DNA of 64,000 nt from Octopus vulgaris (Eukaryota), in contig OX597839.1 of assembly GCA_951406725.2 (NCBI GenBank), forward strand, positions 14,446,001-14,510,000. The letters are read 5' to 3'. Below the pieces are notes generated by a model. That model was not told the DNA's origin and made no database searches. It was given only the letters and a program-made list of their open reading frames with translations. Both the position numbers and the translations under genes were made by a program. Shown here one piece after another: positions 37,767 through 52,605 of the stretch. How positions within the stretch are numbered: the stretch's first letter is position 1; each line of letters opens with the position of its first letter.

Positions 37767-38257
37767 GACGGGCTTCTTTCAGTTTCTGTCTATCAAATCC
37801 ACTTACAAGACTTTGGTCAGCCTGAGGCTACAGTAGAAGACACTTGCCAAAGGTACCACACAGTGGGACCGAACCTGGAACCATGTGCTTAGGAAGCAAC
37901 CTTCTTATCACACAGCTACTCCCGCACCAGCACAAATGCACGCACACACACACACACATATATGATGATGAGCTTCTTTCAGTTTCTGTCTACCAAATCC
38001 ACTCAAAAGCCTTGGGTTGTCCTGGGGTTATAGTAGAAGGCATTTCTCCTAGGTGCCATGCAGTAGAATTGAACTTGGGGCCATGCAGCTAGGAAGCAAA
38101 CTTCTTACCACACAGCCATGCCTGTGCCTCAGGACGGCTGTGATAGATGGTGCAGTGGTGGTGATGAGGATTGTGGTGCACTGGTGATTATGGTAAAAAA
38201 TAAATAAATGCATAAATAAAACCCTAAACCAAAAATGGAGTTTAAAAGAAAACTTAC

Positions 38258-38303
38258 TGGTGAGGAAGAGAAGCCATAAGGTCGAAGAAGTTCTCACATC
38301 CAT
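38258..38303 (-). CDS. Three-finger protein 2, coding exon 1 (signal peptide MDVRTSSTLWLLFLT)
   Basis: ATG at 38303 and A|gtaagt donor in phase 1, joining exon 2 to give ...LWLLFLTTQCATA|LLCYQC. Full protein is 156 aa. Confidence 0.7.
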
Positions 38304-41239
38304 GAAGGAAGTATATAAAATCACAACTATGTCTGTTTGTGTGTCTGTGTGTGTTGCTTGTGTTTTGTTTGAAAGCTGTGACAGAACCACACAGTGATTA
38401 TATTCCTTCCACCACCACCACCACCACCTACTATACTGTGATTGATAAATTCACTGAAAGACAACAGGCTTGCAAAGAGTTGGTGGGGTCTGCTATGTTG
38501 TATAGTGCGGGTTTGGTACAAAGTTCACAATAGATTATCTTTGGTGTGTTTTTAACACAGCTTGATAAAGCTAATGTCGTTCTTGTAGTTGCAAGAGGTG
38601 ATGGTGGTGGTGGTGCTGTGGATGATAGGGAGGTAGCAGCAGTAACACTAGTAGTAGTAGTAGTAGTAGTGGTGATAGTAATATTGACACTTGTTACTTA
38701 GCCCTAGATTAGTTCTAACTGTGCAGACTGATGATCAACCGTGACTATCCTGTCTTTTTTCTGCAAACAATGCTCAGAGTTGTCTCACTTGAGTATTTCC
38801 TTGGATAATGGCTAAATAGTTAGAATCCAGTAGGGAGCAGCACTAGGCAGTGTATGTTTCGAGTCACTTTGGCTGCAGAGTTTCCTTTTTTGTACTCATA
38901 AAGCATTATGTGCCTCAAATGCTCTTTCGATACTTCCATGTTACAAAGGGTTTTAATCAAAGAAATTTTAATTCTATTATTCTGTAAATTAATATCTAAT
39001 TAGTTTAAATGTGCACAAATGCATAAAAATAATTTTTAATTCCATTAGACATTCTAAAATACTATTAAATTTCATTCAATTTTAAAAAGGTAAATGCGGA
39101 CAGAACTTATGGGATGACCTGGTATATATAAACATATTTTGAAAATCCAGAGAGGAGTATATTTCATATAGAATTTTTGGTCCTCTAAGGTTACTTTGGT
39201 GTCTAAGTCAACTGACCTTTCTTTTGGCTGTAGATTTTGGTCTGAAAATTTTGACTAGTATTCTGGAAAATATGGTGTGTGAGAGTTTGTGAGCTTGTGT
39301 ATGTTGTGGCAGTTAGTTATCTCATAGATATCACATGATCATGTGAGTGACCAGATTATATCGGATGTTGTTATACATTGCTGGTCACAATGTGCTTCAT
39401 ATTGTTTTAACCTTCAAATAATGCCACTCCATCGGCTAGGTGAGCAGGCCAACATTCCTTCTTGATTAAAAAGGAGGACTGGCGCAATACGAAATTAAGT
39501 GTTTTGCTCAAGAACATAATGTGTCATCTGAACTGGGAATTGAGCCCACAATCTAGCAATCGTGAGTACAACAGCCTAACCACTATACCATGCACCTTCA
39601 CATCTAATCAATATATATTTTATGTTATATGCTTAGGTTTAGTTGTGTATATACCATATTTTCCAACATACAAGCCAGCATAATAAACAAAGTAAACATG
39701 TAGTGTAACATTCAAACATCATCACTACTTTACCAAATCTTGCTGCATTTCACATAGAATTTTTTTAGTCCTCCAAAGTCTTCTACGTGTATAAATGACC
39801 TATCTTTTTTCCTGTCAGTAAATTTTGATCTGGTAAATTTGATTTTTATGCCTGAAGAAATGGTACTAAATTTTCACACATGTGTTCACACCATGTTGGT
39901 ATCATGTAAAAATGAAACCAGCATATTCTGTAAAATGGTTGGCATTTGGAAGGGCATCAAGACGTAGAAACCATGCCAAAACTAGAGCCTAATAGTGCCC
40001 TCCAGCTAACCAGCTCCTGCAAAACCATCTAATCCATACGAGTATAGAAAACAGACATAATGATGATGATGAGGTTTTGATTGAATTGAGGCCATAGTAA
40101 ACAAACAGTCAACCTTCCCCACTACTATATAACTGCAAAATAATCTTCTTGAGTACACCAGTGCAGAGAAGGGTAAGTGAAATACTCACTTTTGATACTC
40201 ACATGTAATTCTGTTCTGCATTTGTGCTTCCTTTAGCAGTTTAGTAAGTATTTACATAAAATGGAAACGTGTAGTAATGTTTTTACACAGTCTTTCATAA
40301 AATTCCTTGTTATACAATGAAATAATAACGGAATGAAATAAAATATGATTCTATGACTGATAAGGATGTCAGTTGTTAAGCCTAGGTGTGCTGGACATCA
40401 TCATCATTATCAACAGCAGCATTTTACACCCACTTTTTTATGTGGCATAAATTGGATGAATAATCACAGTCTCCAGTTAGTTCTTACTTGAATTTGCTGC
40501 TCTCCTAGACAGGTCAGGGACCACATCTTGCTCAAATGTTCTGTTTTAAGCATGGTTCGTACAGATCTGTACTGGGTGCATTGTAATGTGATTCCAGCAC
40601 TAGATAATTTCCCTTTGTTTCAATCAAGATGAAACAGTTCTCCCCCAAATGTCATCTCTATTCATCTATCAACCATTTGACAAAAAATGTACTTGATACA
40701 TTTTACTGTGGAACCCGACTAATCTAAAGAATTCTTTCTGCCTTAAATTTTCTATAATCATTCCACAACCAACTTATAGAACATACTGGATACATTATAA
40801 ATCAGAACTGAAGGTGTAGTTTAAATTATTAGCAGTGCTCCATTGTTACAACAGCTGTTTTAAATGAAGCAAAAACAACCAGATCAAGGAAGAGAGCCAG
40901 GACTACATGCTCAGCTAACTGGCAGCTTAGGTTTTCATCTGTTAGTCTGTTGAATATATAAGCAATTTTAGGTCTTATATAACTGGCACACACACACACA
41001 CATATTCTCTTATTCTTTCACTTGTTTCAGTCATTTGACTGTGGCCATGCTGGAGCACTGCCTTTACTCGAACAAATCGACCCCAGGACTTATTCTTTGT
41101 AAGCCTAGTACTTATTCTGTTGGTCTCGTTTGTCAAACTGCTAAGATATGGGGATGTAAACACACCAATATTAGTTGTCAAGCAATGGTGGTGGTGGTGG
41201 GGGACAAACACAGACACACAAATACATACATATATATAT

Positions 41240-41271
<32 letters not shown>

Positions 41272-43856
41272 GCATGCATGTGTGAATAAATATATTCTTC
41301 AGAATAAATCTATTCAGATAAATTATAGTGAAGAATAGAGTAAACTTCTTCTATTAAGATTTTTATGAAGGCATAGGGCCTAATGATTAAGATCATAAGA
41401 TTGTGGCACTACTTCCAAGGTAGCACACTATCCTTAGCTAAGGTAATTCAAACCTCATTTCTTCAGTCTACTCAGCTTAAAATGGATTGCATCTGCTGTG
41501 GGTTGGTGCCTTGCATCTTATTAGGTCCTAATCTTGAAACCACAAGATAACAGTTGTCTTGGCTTCAGTATACTGGATATTGAGGAAGATGATAATGATG
41601 GTCTTTTGGTGACAAGTGTGGTCTTTATGTAATCTTAATTACTCTTAGTCTTTTTCAATTCTGTTGTAAAATTCTATTCACATATTATCTTTTAATAAGG
41701 ACAATGATAATTCACAATTTTAATTCTCTTGTTTTATGGTATGTTTGCTTGATTTCTATTGTAAATTGATTTACAGATAGACACGTTCAAAAATGGCATT
41801 CAATAGTCCCCATACATCACTGGCCAACTAGTCACCGTTCTTATAAAATAGCAGTAAATTAATTTCTTAAACTTCCTCTTGAAGCCCCTGATGATGTGAT
41901 GATGAAGATGTGAAGTGATATATTCCATCATTCATTAGACACAGCCTCTGTTGGATGTTGAACATATTTCTGTGTTAGCAGTTGATATCAGATAAGAAAA
42001 ACTTGAACAAAGAATCACTGTCAGGGTTATATTAAGTAGAACCTCTATAGACCAATGTTGACCACAAGTCTATGCAAGAGCCCAGACAATAGTCTCTCTC
42101 CTTGCTGCAATCCAAAGGAAAGGCCACTGATTTGGGCCAATTCTGCTTTACCCAGTATCATCACAGGTGTTGAGGTCGGAAAGCAATGCACCTTCTGATA
42201 AATGTTACCAAAAGAAATCTTTTTCTAATCCCTAAACAGTTCTGTCAAACTACCATTCTGGATTGGGAGGATTTTTTTTATATGAACCATGACAGAGCAT
42301 AAAAAGTCAGAACAAGTACCAGGAGGCTTTTGATCCAACACTAATGGTCTTGCTAATTCATCACCTTCAGGGATAAAAGTTTATTATTATACTCTACCAA
42401 GGCCGACTTAATCTTTCATTCTTATGGAGTTAAAATAAGTACCATTTGAGCACTGGGGTTTTTGTTTAGCCCCACACAGATACTGAACCTGCAGACTTAT
42501 GATCAAAGGTATTTAAAACAAACCCACCCAGATTCGTTTTAAGACGATTAGGTTCATAATTTGAGAGATTTGGCTGCCATTTCTAGCAGTTTGAAGGAAT
42601 GTGCAGAAGTTTACTTGTTGGCTCTTTTACTTCTTTTGCTTGTTGTCGTTTAGACCCAGGTCAGTCCTCATCCAGTAGATCTATAGTCAAAAATATTCCA
42701 GCCATGACCACCTCATTCTAATTTTCAAACACAGTGTATCTACATCATCCAATGGTTTCTTCCATTTTTAAACCAATAGAGTGATATAAGGCTTGTTGCT
42801 ATTTCTAGCAGGTCAAAAGACCACTTAGATGCTCCTTTGTTGTATTCCAGTGAATGCTTTGTTGATGCAACCAATGGTGCTTTTGGTGTCAGTGTTTTAA
42901 GGCCAAACATAATCATGGGGTTAGGAAGTTCACTTTGCAGCCGTGTGGCTCTGGGTTCAATCTCTCTGCATGGAAGCTGGGTCAAGTGTATTCTATTGTA
43001 GCCTTAGCCAGATTAATGCCTTGTGAGTGGAGTTTGGTAAGATGGAAACTGAATATGTTTGTGTATATGAATGTGTTTATGTGTCACTGTCATGTAAACA
43101 ACCCCTGTGCCAGTGGGTGTAAAAAGCACAAGCACCAATGTCAGTGCCACATAGGAAAGCACCTGTGCTGGTGCCATGTAAAAAAAAAAAAAGCACCCAA
43201 TACACTCTGTAAAGGGCATTATGAAGGGCATCTAGGTGTAGAAAGCATGCCAGAACAAACAACTGGAACCTGTTGCAGTTCCGGCTGGCCAGCGCCAGTC
43301 AAAACCGTCTAACCCATGCCAGCATGAAAAATGAATGTTAAATGATCAGTGTGTTTGTGTATACTCTTTTACTTGTTTCAGTCCTTTGACTGCGGCCATG
43401 CTGGAGCACCGCCTTTAGTCGAGCTAATCGACCCCGGGACTTATTCTTTGTAAGCCCAGTACTTATTCTATCGGTCTCTTTTGCCGAACCGCTAAGTGAC
43501 GGGGACATAAACACACCAGCATCGGTTGTCAAGCAATGCTAGGGGGGCAAACACAGACACACAAGTATATATACATATATACGACAGGCTTCTTTCAGTT
43601 TCCGTCTACCAAATCCACTCACAAGGCATTGGTCGGCCCGGGGCTATGGCAGAAGACACTTTGCCCAAGATGCCACACAGTGGGACTGAACCCGGAACCA
43701 TGTGGCTGGTTAGCAAGCTACTTACCACACAGTCACGAGAGTGTGTTTGTGTTTGTTTATGTCAATAGGATCGTGTTTGTGTACACAAACGTGTGTATAT
43801 ATGAATGTTTATGTGTCTCCATATGAATGTATCTGTGGTTGGGTATATGAAATATT

Positions 43857-44215
43857 CGATCTTTTCCGTTTGAACGGCAGTTTTTTCTAGCGGAGTCATA
43901 TGAAATTGTCACCCATAATTATGACCCTAGTATCGATCTATTGCATTTCAATCTGTTTTAGGGTATCTTTTTTTCTTCACAAATGTAAATAAACCCAATC
44001 TGTTTCTTAAACGAGGGACATATTCATACGGCACAGAATGTATTTTACCTCAATGGACGTCACTGATTGGTTGAAATTGCAGAAATTGAAGAAAAAAAAC
44101 AACAGCCAAGAGAAAAAGATATTTTATAAACACATTCTACGAGTATACGAAGTTTAAAAGTGTTTAGTTACGTGGAAATTATTTTTAAAAACTGCTGGTC
44201 AAATCGAAAAGATCC
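43857..44215. mobile_element. Shorter MITE of the same family as 30490-31267
   Basis: Termini (c)gatcttttccgtttgaacggcagtttt / aaaactgctggtcaaatcgaaaagatcc. 8-bp TSD GAAATATT (43849-43856, 44216-44223). Confidence 0.85.
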
Positions 44216-46270
44216 GAAATATTTCTACGTGTATACAAATATGCATGTATTTGTGTATATGAATGACAGTTGCTTCATCAATCTATGTCCCTTTCATTAT
44301 CAGCATAAAAAAAACAAAAAAAACTTAGCAATTCTGTATCGGAGATTACTAAAATGAATACCAGATAAAAATAAAAACAAGAAGTTGACACGATAGATTA
44401 TACAAAAAAAAAGAAAAAAAATCTTTGGAGGCGATTCCATAGCATGGCTGTAGTCCAATGACTGATACTAGTAAAATAAATGAATAAATAACAAGAAGAC
44501 AAACCAAATATTTTTATTTGTTCTTTGTTGTTTTCGTAGGTTAAATATTTATTTCATTGTCCATCATAAAATGTTTACATGGCCTTTTTTCTTTTTCTTT
44601 TTGGTAACCATTTTGACATTATGGCTTAAAAAACATCATTATTTAAATTAGAACTCAAAAGTGAACATATTTTGCATTCAAAGAATTATTTATTGAGCTG
44701 GGTGTGTCGGTGTGTATTATATCATACTAAAAAATGTTTTAAAAGTTAGTTTTTCACGACTGCTAAATGCATAGTTTGAAAAAAAAATCATAATAGTAAT
44801 CAAGTTAAAAAATATATAATACACACTAAAATAGCGTGTTTGATGGGTTTGTAAATTTTTGGAAAATTACAAAAAACATGGACTTAACCAAGCAATCAAA
44901 ATGGTAGCTTGTAAGGTGTTAACTGGTAAAGTACTGGCTGTCACTGCCACTGTATTATTATGTTAGTGTATGTGGGTCCTTGATTAAACCAGACTAGGTG
45001 AGGGGGGAAATGGGGTTTAGGGTTAGGGTTACAACAGCTGAATAAATCATCTGATATCGAGACATTTTGGATGAGGTTTCTTTCTGTTTTTCTTTTGATT
45101 TTAATTCGTTGTCTTTGTCCTTATCACCCACCCAACCAGGCTCTTTAGACAGAAAAATAGAAACAAATAAATAAAACAAAAATATTTTGTTTTTTCCAGT
45201 AGTGTGGGGTCATTTAGCTGCATTCGTAATATTATTTCGTTTTTCCTTGATTTTGTTCATTCTGATCCAGTTGAAAGAAATTATTACAAAGAAAGAAAAA
45301 AAAATGAATTAACAATAAAAAAAAAAGTTCATATTCAAATTTGCTTTCCAGGAAGCTGTTATAGGAACGCTTTCCTTTGGCTTGGTTTCTCCCAGTCTTT
45401 TTTGTCATCATTCAGAGAACTAATGACAAAATTATATACATATATATACATATATATATATATGAAAAATATTCTTTTCTTCCTTCTCTAAATTTCAGTC
45501 AGTTTAACAAAAGCCGATAGGGAAATTAGTTATTTTTCCTCCAGTTTTTGCATATTTTCTTTCGTTTAGATTCTATTATTAATATTTTTATAAATATATA
45601 AAATTTTACAAAATTAAAATGTAAACTTGAAATATACTTAGATAGAAATGTATTTATAGATTCATTTAAAATAGTTTATTTCAGTAGATAGCCTCAAAAT
45701 TTGTTAATTGACAAAAAAGGTCTTATCTACTTTCAATGTTAATCTTGCAAAGGTGAGGAAAACAGGAGGCAGGGAAAGAAGAATGAACCATTTTAATCAA
45801 GGCTTTTAAAGACAGTTATCAAATGGAGTAAAAGATTAAAAAAATTCATATACTGAGTGAATTTTATAAGAGCTTTTACTTCTCTGATGTCCATATTGGC
45901 AGTGTTTTTAGCAATGGTGTATGAAAGGAGGAAAAAAGAGAGATTAAAAACAAGGGAGCAAGAAATAAGAAAAAAAAACAGTATCATTAATTATTATTAT
46001 TATCATTATTAATCTTGTTATTTTTTTCAAAAGATTTCTTATTTTTGTAATGCTCTCACTGCACAATGGAACAGAAAATCTGTGTCCACAAAATCATTGG
46101 GTTTTACCTATATGGCATACAATAGTATTATTGTGTGTATACTGTGGGGCGTGTATGTGCACACACACACACATACATATGTATGACGACATCCTAATTT
46201 CATGCTTGTCTATTTTTAAAATCCTTTTTAGTGACTCCATTATATGTCCGTTTGATTATATTTTTTGTTG

Positions 46271-46330
<60 letters not shown>

Positions 46331-47077
46331 CTATTATCACCTCTTTCCTCTTTAATGGGATGTTATACAGGAGGTTAGTGGACTTAGAAATAAATTAGTT
46401 TCTTAGATAGCAACTTAATTGTCAAGCATGTATATGTGTGTGTGTATATGTATATAAAAATATACACACACATATATATATACATATATATATACATATG
46501 TGTGTGTGTGATAGAAAATAATGTGTTGGTTAAGATTAGATCTTCAACACAACTTCTCAATCTACTGCTGCTGTTATTGTTGTTCTTGTTACGATTAATA
46601 TAGTTAAAAATGTAGTAAACAAGACTCCTACCCTAAGTTGAATAATTTTGTTGAAGACAGAAGAAAAACAACATGGAAACAAAGTTGCCCTCACAATGGA
46701 GGGTAGCTTAAAAGATTTGATTTTCAAAAACAAAACCAGAAGACAGCCATGTGATTTGTGATAAATTACAGTATTAAACTCTGTGTGTGTGTGTGTGTGT
46801 GTGTTTTAATTAGTGTGTATGAATATATGTGTCTATATTTACTAGATGTTTGAAAACATATATTATAGGATTTCGTACATCCGGTCTTACTATGAAAGTG
46901 TTTGTATGAAAGTTTAAGTTTCAGTTGGAGGTTATAAGACACAGCAGATGCACGCACACACATAGACACATACACACACAAATATATACACTGCTACAAG
47001 ATGCTTGAATGAAGTACATTTATGATTTGAAACAGAGACCAACAGGTTTTGTGTATATGTGATATAGTAAGTACATA

Positions 47078-47133
<56 letters not shown>

Positions 47134-47602
47134 TCATGTGTTCATGTGCATAGGAGTATGTATATTTTATAAGACAGTGTTAGAATTTTGAACAACAGAA
47201 AAGTAACAATAATAATAATAATAATGATAATAATAATTGGAAGGGCAAAAAACACATTTATTAATTTATTATGTTTTACAAGAAATAATTTAGGACAACA
47301 ACTGAGTATTATGTGTGTTGTTGTTTTTAATTACATACCTAATATAAACAATAAAAATTGAAATCGAATTCTTTCAGTAAATTCCCAAAGGTTTATTTTC
47401 TTATTTAGTAAAAGATCATAGCCAAGGTGAAATAACTCACGTCAGAGGTGGGACGGCTGATAACAAAATAGGTCAATTGGTAATGATATTAAAATCAAAT
47501 TGTTGGACAGATTTCATCACAAAGCAGATATGGAGCCTTTATATATAATAGTTTCAATAAGAAAATCTTTCCTAATCAATTTCCAAACTCTTAGTTTTCA
47601 TT

Positions 47603-47637
<35 letters not shown>

Positions 47638-48313
47638 GATATTAATATGTACTGTGTGGTTTCTGTCACATCTTTAGTTGTCCCATCAGTGTACAGTGTT
47701 GTCCTACCCCCATCCACTCCTACCCAAGTCTGGCTTTGTCTTGGTGTTCTAGAATTATCTAGATGACCACAATGAGAGTAGAAAAATGTAAAAATAATTA
47801 TTAAAAAATTAGCATCTTTGTTCTTACCTGTTTCATTTTATTTTCATTTCAATTTTAATTGTTTTGTTTTACTAAATGTTGTAAAAGTTTTTTTTCTTTT
47901 TTTTTCAATTAAATATTTCTCTGAAATGCATTATTTTTTTTATTATATATTTTAATTTAGCCTTTTGGGGTTAAATTTTTCTCCCTCCCGCTTTTGTTTT
48001 TTTTTTTTTTTACATTTTCAGTTAAATAACAACCCAAATTGAATTTATTTAGAAAATGAGTTGATTGATGTTTATTTTTTTGGTTTGTTCTTTTGTTAAG
48101 TTTTTGATTTTGACTTTATTAATTCACTTTTTTTTTTTGAGCCAGTGAAACAGTGATGACCAGCGTATGGGGGTGAGTGGAGTTAGTGTAACAAATCAAC
48201 ACATCCAAGAACCCCAAATAATTTCGACTAAAACACTACTACGCATTTGATCGACAGTTCAGGTGCAGTTGAAACTAGCAGCAGGAGAGATGAAATGCAT
48301 TTCTAGTTCTTCA

Positions 48314-48489
48314 TTACTTAGTTGGCCAGTAGCCCCTAGAGTTGGTACAGTGTTTGATATTGAGTCCACCAATGGCTGCCTGTGACAGTTTCAAAGGACC
48401 CTGTTTGTTAATATAGATATCATTCATGCAACCAAAGAAATTAGTATCATGTAGTCCACCAGTCATTGCGTCAAGGTCTGGGACACCAC
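48314..48489 (-). CDS. HSPG2: Perlecan/HSPG2-like, terminal coding exon (end of last laminin-G domain)
   Basis: ttccag| acceptor, phase 1. GGVPDLDAMTGGLHDTNFFGCMNDI...AIGGLNIKHC...* aligns with the perlecan LG3 C-terminus (GGAPDVATLTGG...GC). Confidence 0.8.
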
Positions 48490-50232
48490 CTGGAAAATTA
48501 ACAAATAGTAAAAAGTAATTAATATATAATTACAGTCTCAAAAATATTATCATTACAATTTTTATTATTATTATTATTACTAGCAGAAGGCAGAAAGCTA
48601 TCAGAATGTCAGACAAAAGACTTAGTAGTATTTCTTTTGACTCGTTACATTCTAAGTTCAAATTCTGTTGCGGTCAACTTCATTTTTCATTCTTCTGGGA
48701 TCAAAGAAAGAAATTACTGTCGAGTGCTGGGGTTGATGCAATCAATTTGCTCCCTCTCCTCAAATTTTCTGGCTTGGTGCCAAAATTGGAAAGAATTATT
48801 ACTAGGAGAAAAATTCCCTCCATATCATAATAAGGATACTCACACACATGGATTTTATGTGACTGAGGGATACACTTTAGAGTAACCTGAGAAGTTGCTT
48901 TTCATCCTTTTCTGTGGATACACTGCTTACAAGACTGATGTATATCAGCTACACAAACACACACAATCTTGCCAGTATATATGAGACTACATTTTCCAAT
49001 ATGTTCTTACTTAATTGAAGATGACAAGTTGTATGTGGATCACTTACAGTCAAACAAGATTATGATGAAAAGCATTGTAGATATGACAATTTTGTCATTT
49101 ACATATCAGGAACCATATAATTCAATATAGCCTTTATTTAAGTATGTGATTTGTGAGAATTTTGACTGCTGTTTTCAGCTGACTGAATGACCCTGTGTCA
49201 GCTGCCAGTTCAACAAAATTTTCAGCAAATGAACAATATTTCACTTTTCCTTCTCCTTCAGTCTCATATTTTCAATTTCCTACCGTCTGAGTAGGTGGCT
49301 GAACTGACAAGCTAGTTTCATTACTGTAGCATAGTGATCGATTATCTTTAGAATTTTGTTTCACTTATCTTGAGATGGTCTCACATAAACACATAAGCAT
49401 CATTATAAGTATCTTCTTGTAATTATTATTATTATAGTAAACACTGTAAAGTGAGAAGTGAACCTGTCTCAGTTCCCAACTGCAATCTTGCATTTTGATT
49501 AGATAACTTATAATCTTGAGAAAGGCATGAATATCTTAAACTACTAATATATTCCTTCTAGCCCACTCATTGACCTTGATTTATAATGTCTATAGAACCT
49601 TGCCAGTGTGATATGTGGTTCTTAAGGAAGAAACTATTTAATACACTAATTTGAAAATCATCACTAATGTAATTGGTAAAGTCAATGCTAATATAATGTA
49701 GGTTAGCCAAGACATTTTAATAAATTAACATTACACCTGTGACAAAGAGAAATAACCATTAACTTGATCAATTCTAGTGAAAAAAAAATAAGATAGGGGA
49801 GACAACCATCATGACCATTAAACATCTGTTTTCCCATGCTGATACGGGTTGGACAGTTCAAAAAGAGTTGGTGATCCAAAGGACTGCACCAAATGCCACT
49901 GTCTGCTTTGGCATGGTTTCTACGGTTGAACACCCTATATTATATATTGATTAAACTTATGTGTGTTCATTATTATTAATCATCTAATTAAGATTACACC
50001 AGTGATAAGAAGAGGAAATAGCTTAATGAACAATTCTGATCTAAAAAAAGTTAAAGAAGAAAATCTTAAAATTTGAATTAACTAAAATTAAAATATGGAC
50101 AATAAAGTATTAATAATGTAACTGCCAAGTTGTCCATTCACTGAATGTATTTCAAGTGAGAACACCAAACATTATGTATGTTCAGGTGTAAATTATTTTC
50201 TTCATTTTTAGACAAAAAGTAGAGAAACTTAC

Positions 50233-50333
50233 CAAAATATATATTTCCATTAACATTCAACATCTGAAGAATTCCTTTTGAACTTCCTCGGAATTGTTGA
50301 CCATCTACAATCAGGTTACCAAAACGACCAGTT
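50233..50333 (-). CDS. HSPG2: Perlecan/HSPG2-like exon (laminin-G)
   Basis: ttgcag| ... G|gtaagt, phase 2-1. RTGRFGNLIVDGQQFRGSSKGILQMLNVNGNIYFG. Confidence 0.82.
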
Positions 50334-50439
50334 CTGCAAAAGAAATAAATATGATGAGGTTATTTTGATAGCAGCTCTTATGAAGGTGTTTTTAATTAGT
50401 TATTTCATGAGTGGAGTGAGGAAGCAGATAGCAAGAATT

Positions 50440-50850
50440 ATGACAAGTGAGGCAAAAGTGTCTGGAATTCTGTGAACCTAAGAAAAATCTGACGATTGAG
50501 AGACATGTATTTTTCACATGCGACAGATTTAAAGAATAAATCTAGAACTTGTGAGTATGGGACATTGAATGATGGGCTCATTAAAGAGAGAATCGTCTGT
50601 AAAATTCTTAGTGATAGCCTCAGAATGCAGTTATTGAGAGAACACGATCCTGATTAGGAAAAAAAACTGTACAGGTGTGTAGAGCTACAGAAATCAGTGC
50701 ACAACAATTGAAAGTTCTTAATGATGAACAGTCAACTGTATCTAAAGAAATCAATGCCAGTAGAGGTCCAAGAAGAAAGTATAAACCTAATGATACTTTT
50801 GTACAGAAAAATAGAAGCTGCAGTACTGTCCAATATATGTGAGCTGTACA
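50440..50850 (+). mobile_element. Degraded LTR-retrotransposon gag relic in a perlecan intron
   Basis: Broken frames read KKNLTIERHVFF...DLKNKSRTCEYG...LIKERIVC...LRMQLL...VQVCRATE. Confidence 0.6.
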
Positions 50851-51347
50851 TCAATATGAGCTTTGCTGGAACTTTATAGATGGTCAAAAACTGTTTTCAG
50901 TTTGAAGAATGTTTTGGGACTATATAGCCCCAGGCCATCCCTCATCATAAAGACATATAATCAAAAGCTTTCTAGCCATGACCATCCCATTATTTTATAT
51001 CTAGAATGTCATTGTCTAATGAGTCCCTCCCATACCTTTGAAACTGTGAGGAACAGGAAATATCTTACTTTAAAAAAGAGGCAGAGATTAGTATCAGGCT
51101 GCAAAACCAAGGGCTGAGTAACATATTCATGAAACTCATGCTAGTACGGGATATAGTGTACTGCTTGCTTGTTAGTAGGATCAGCAAAAATGTACTCAAT
51201 CCAGAGAGAGAAAAAACTATTTAATAAATGCAGGGATTATACTCGCTGGATAGTGCATGGTACGCTATGATAGTCTGTTCGATTATTGCACTATATGAAA
51301 ATGAAACTTGAAGTAGTTCAATTATAAATTATGTATAAGTGTATGTG

Positions 51348-51382
<35 letters not shown>

Positions 51383-51779
51383 TGTACTTAGGAATGGTCA
51401 TGTTGCCAGTTTAGCCAATAAAAGCACACACACTATATATTTGGTGTTAATTTGCTTCAGCTTTATTTATTTTTTACATTAATCTTAATGTTGTATTCCA
51501 TTTTGTATTCCTATTGTCTTCATTTGCACATGCGTATACCCCTATGTGTGTCTATGTTTAGTTTGTGTGTGTGTGTGTGTGGTGGAGTGCCAGTAATATT
51601 TGTATCTCCTGTTTATACACGTTCGTGCAATTTGTTTTTGTTTATTTTGTTCATGTGTTTACACCTACTTATTACTATTATTATTTTTTTTTTGTATTTA
51701 GTTAATGTATATAGGTATTTACTTCCATTTGTTTATTTATCTGTATTTTATTATGTTTTTAGTTTTGTTTATATTGTTA

Positions 51780-52605
51780 TCAGTTTATGGAGATCTTATT
51801 CTGTCATATGTTGTGGTCTTTTGGGTGAGTGTGCTAGTGTTCCATTCCAGTTTCCTGTTCAGGCTAGGTTTATCTTCTATTATGTGTGTAGCTTCTGTAA
51901 TTTGTCTAATTGTTGCATCTGTTCTATGTGTGGACAAGATTTTAACTTCTATGTTGTTGAGTGAGCCCCCGTGTTCCTGCTCGGCATGCTGGTACAGAAC
52001 TTTTCTTCCTTAAGTTCTCTCCAATGTTCATTTACCCGCTCTCCTATGCTCTGTGCCGTTTCCCCTACGTACATCATTGTCTTGTTACTGCATTGTCCCT
52101 CTGTACATCTTATACTATAGACTACATTTCTGGCTTTACAGTTTGTTTGTGGGCTAAATCTACACACAGTACAGTTCCTATCCATACAAGGGGTTCTACT
52201 AAAAGGGTAGGTTCTACCGATTTCAACAACCTTAATCCTTAGCTTAAGTTTGTCTAGGGCCCTCCTAAAGCGGTATGCCAGTTTGCCTCTAGGTGGTGTC
52301 GACGAACATGACACTCTGGTATTTGTGGCTATCATACCAAGAGTTGGCCTTCCCTATTTTCTTCTTAGTCCTTTCAATAGTGTTCCATGACTTGCTCATA
52401 TAGAGTGGGCAAATCACATTCCTATCATTACATATGATAGTATCAAATTTCTTCATTGCTCCTTTGTATACTCCGATCCTTTCTTTATGGCTGTAACCTG
52501 AGAACTGCATGCGGTGAATGAAATGTTGTATGTGTCTCTTTAACTCTGTCGGTTCGCACATGCAGGACACATTTCGCATTATTCTGACGATGTCTGCCAT
52601 CAAAA
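51780..52605 (-). mobile_element. Penelope-like element relic (RT thumb, Cys-rich linker, GIY-YIG endonuclease), probably Naiad clade
   Basis: RMQFSGYSHKER, VMFVD, PFSRTPCMDRNCTVC...C..RNVVYSIRC...YVGET...ERVNEH, then (frameshifted) VLYQHAEQEHGG...RQITEA...LNRKLEW. Confidence 0.85.

Noticed and set aside
40120-40180. TATA-like motif followed by a GTAAGT donor on the plus strand
   Set aside because: No downstream exon or ORF found, and such motifs are common by chance in AT-rich DNA.
45010-45032. TTAGGG repeats as a telomere remnant
   Set aside because: Only 2-3 units, too short to support.
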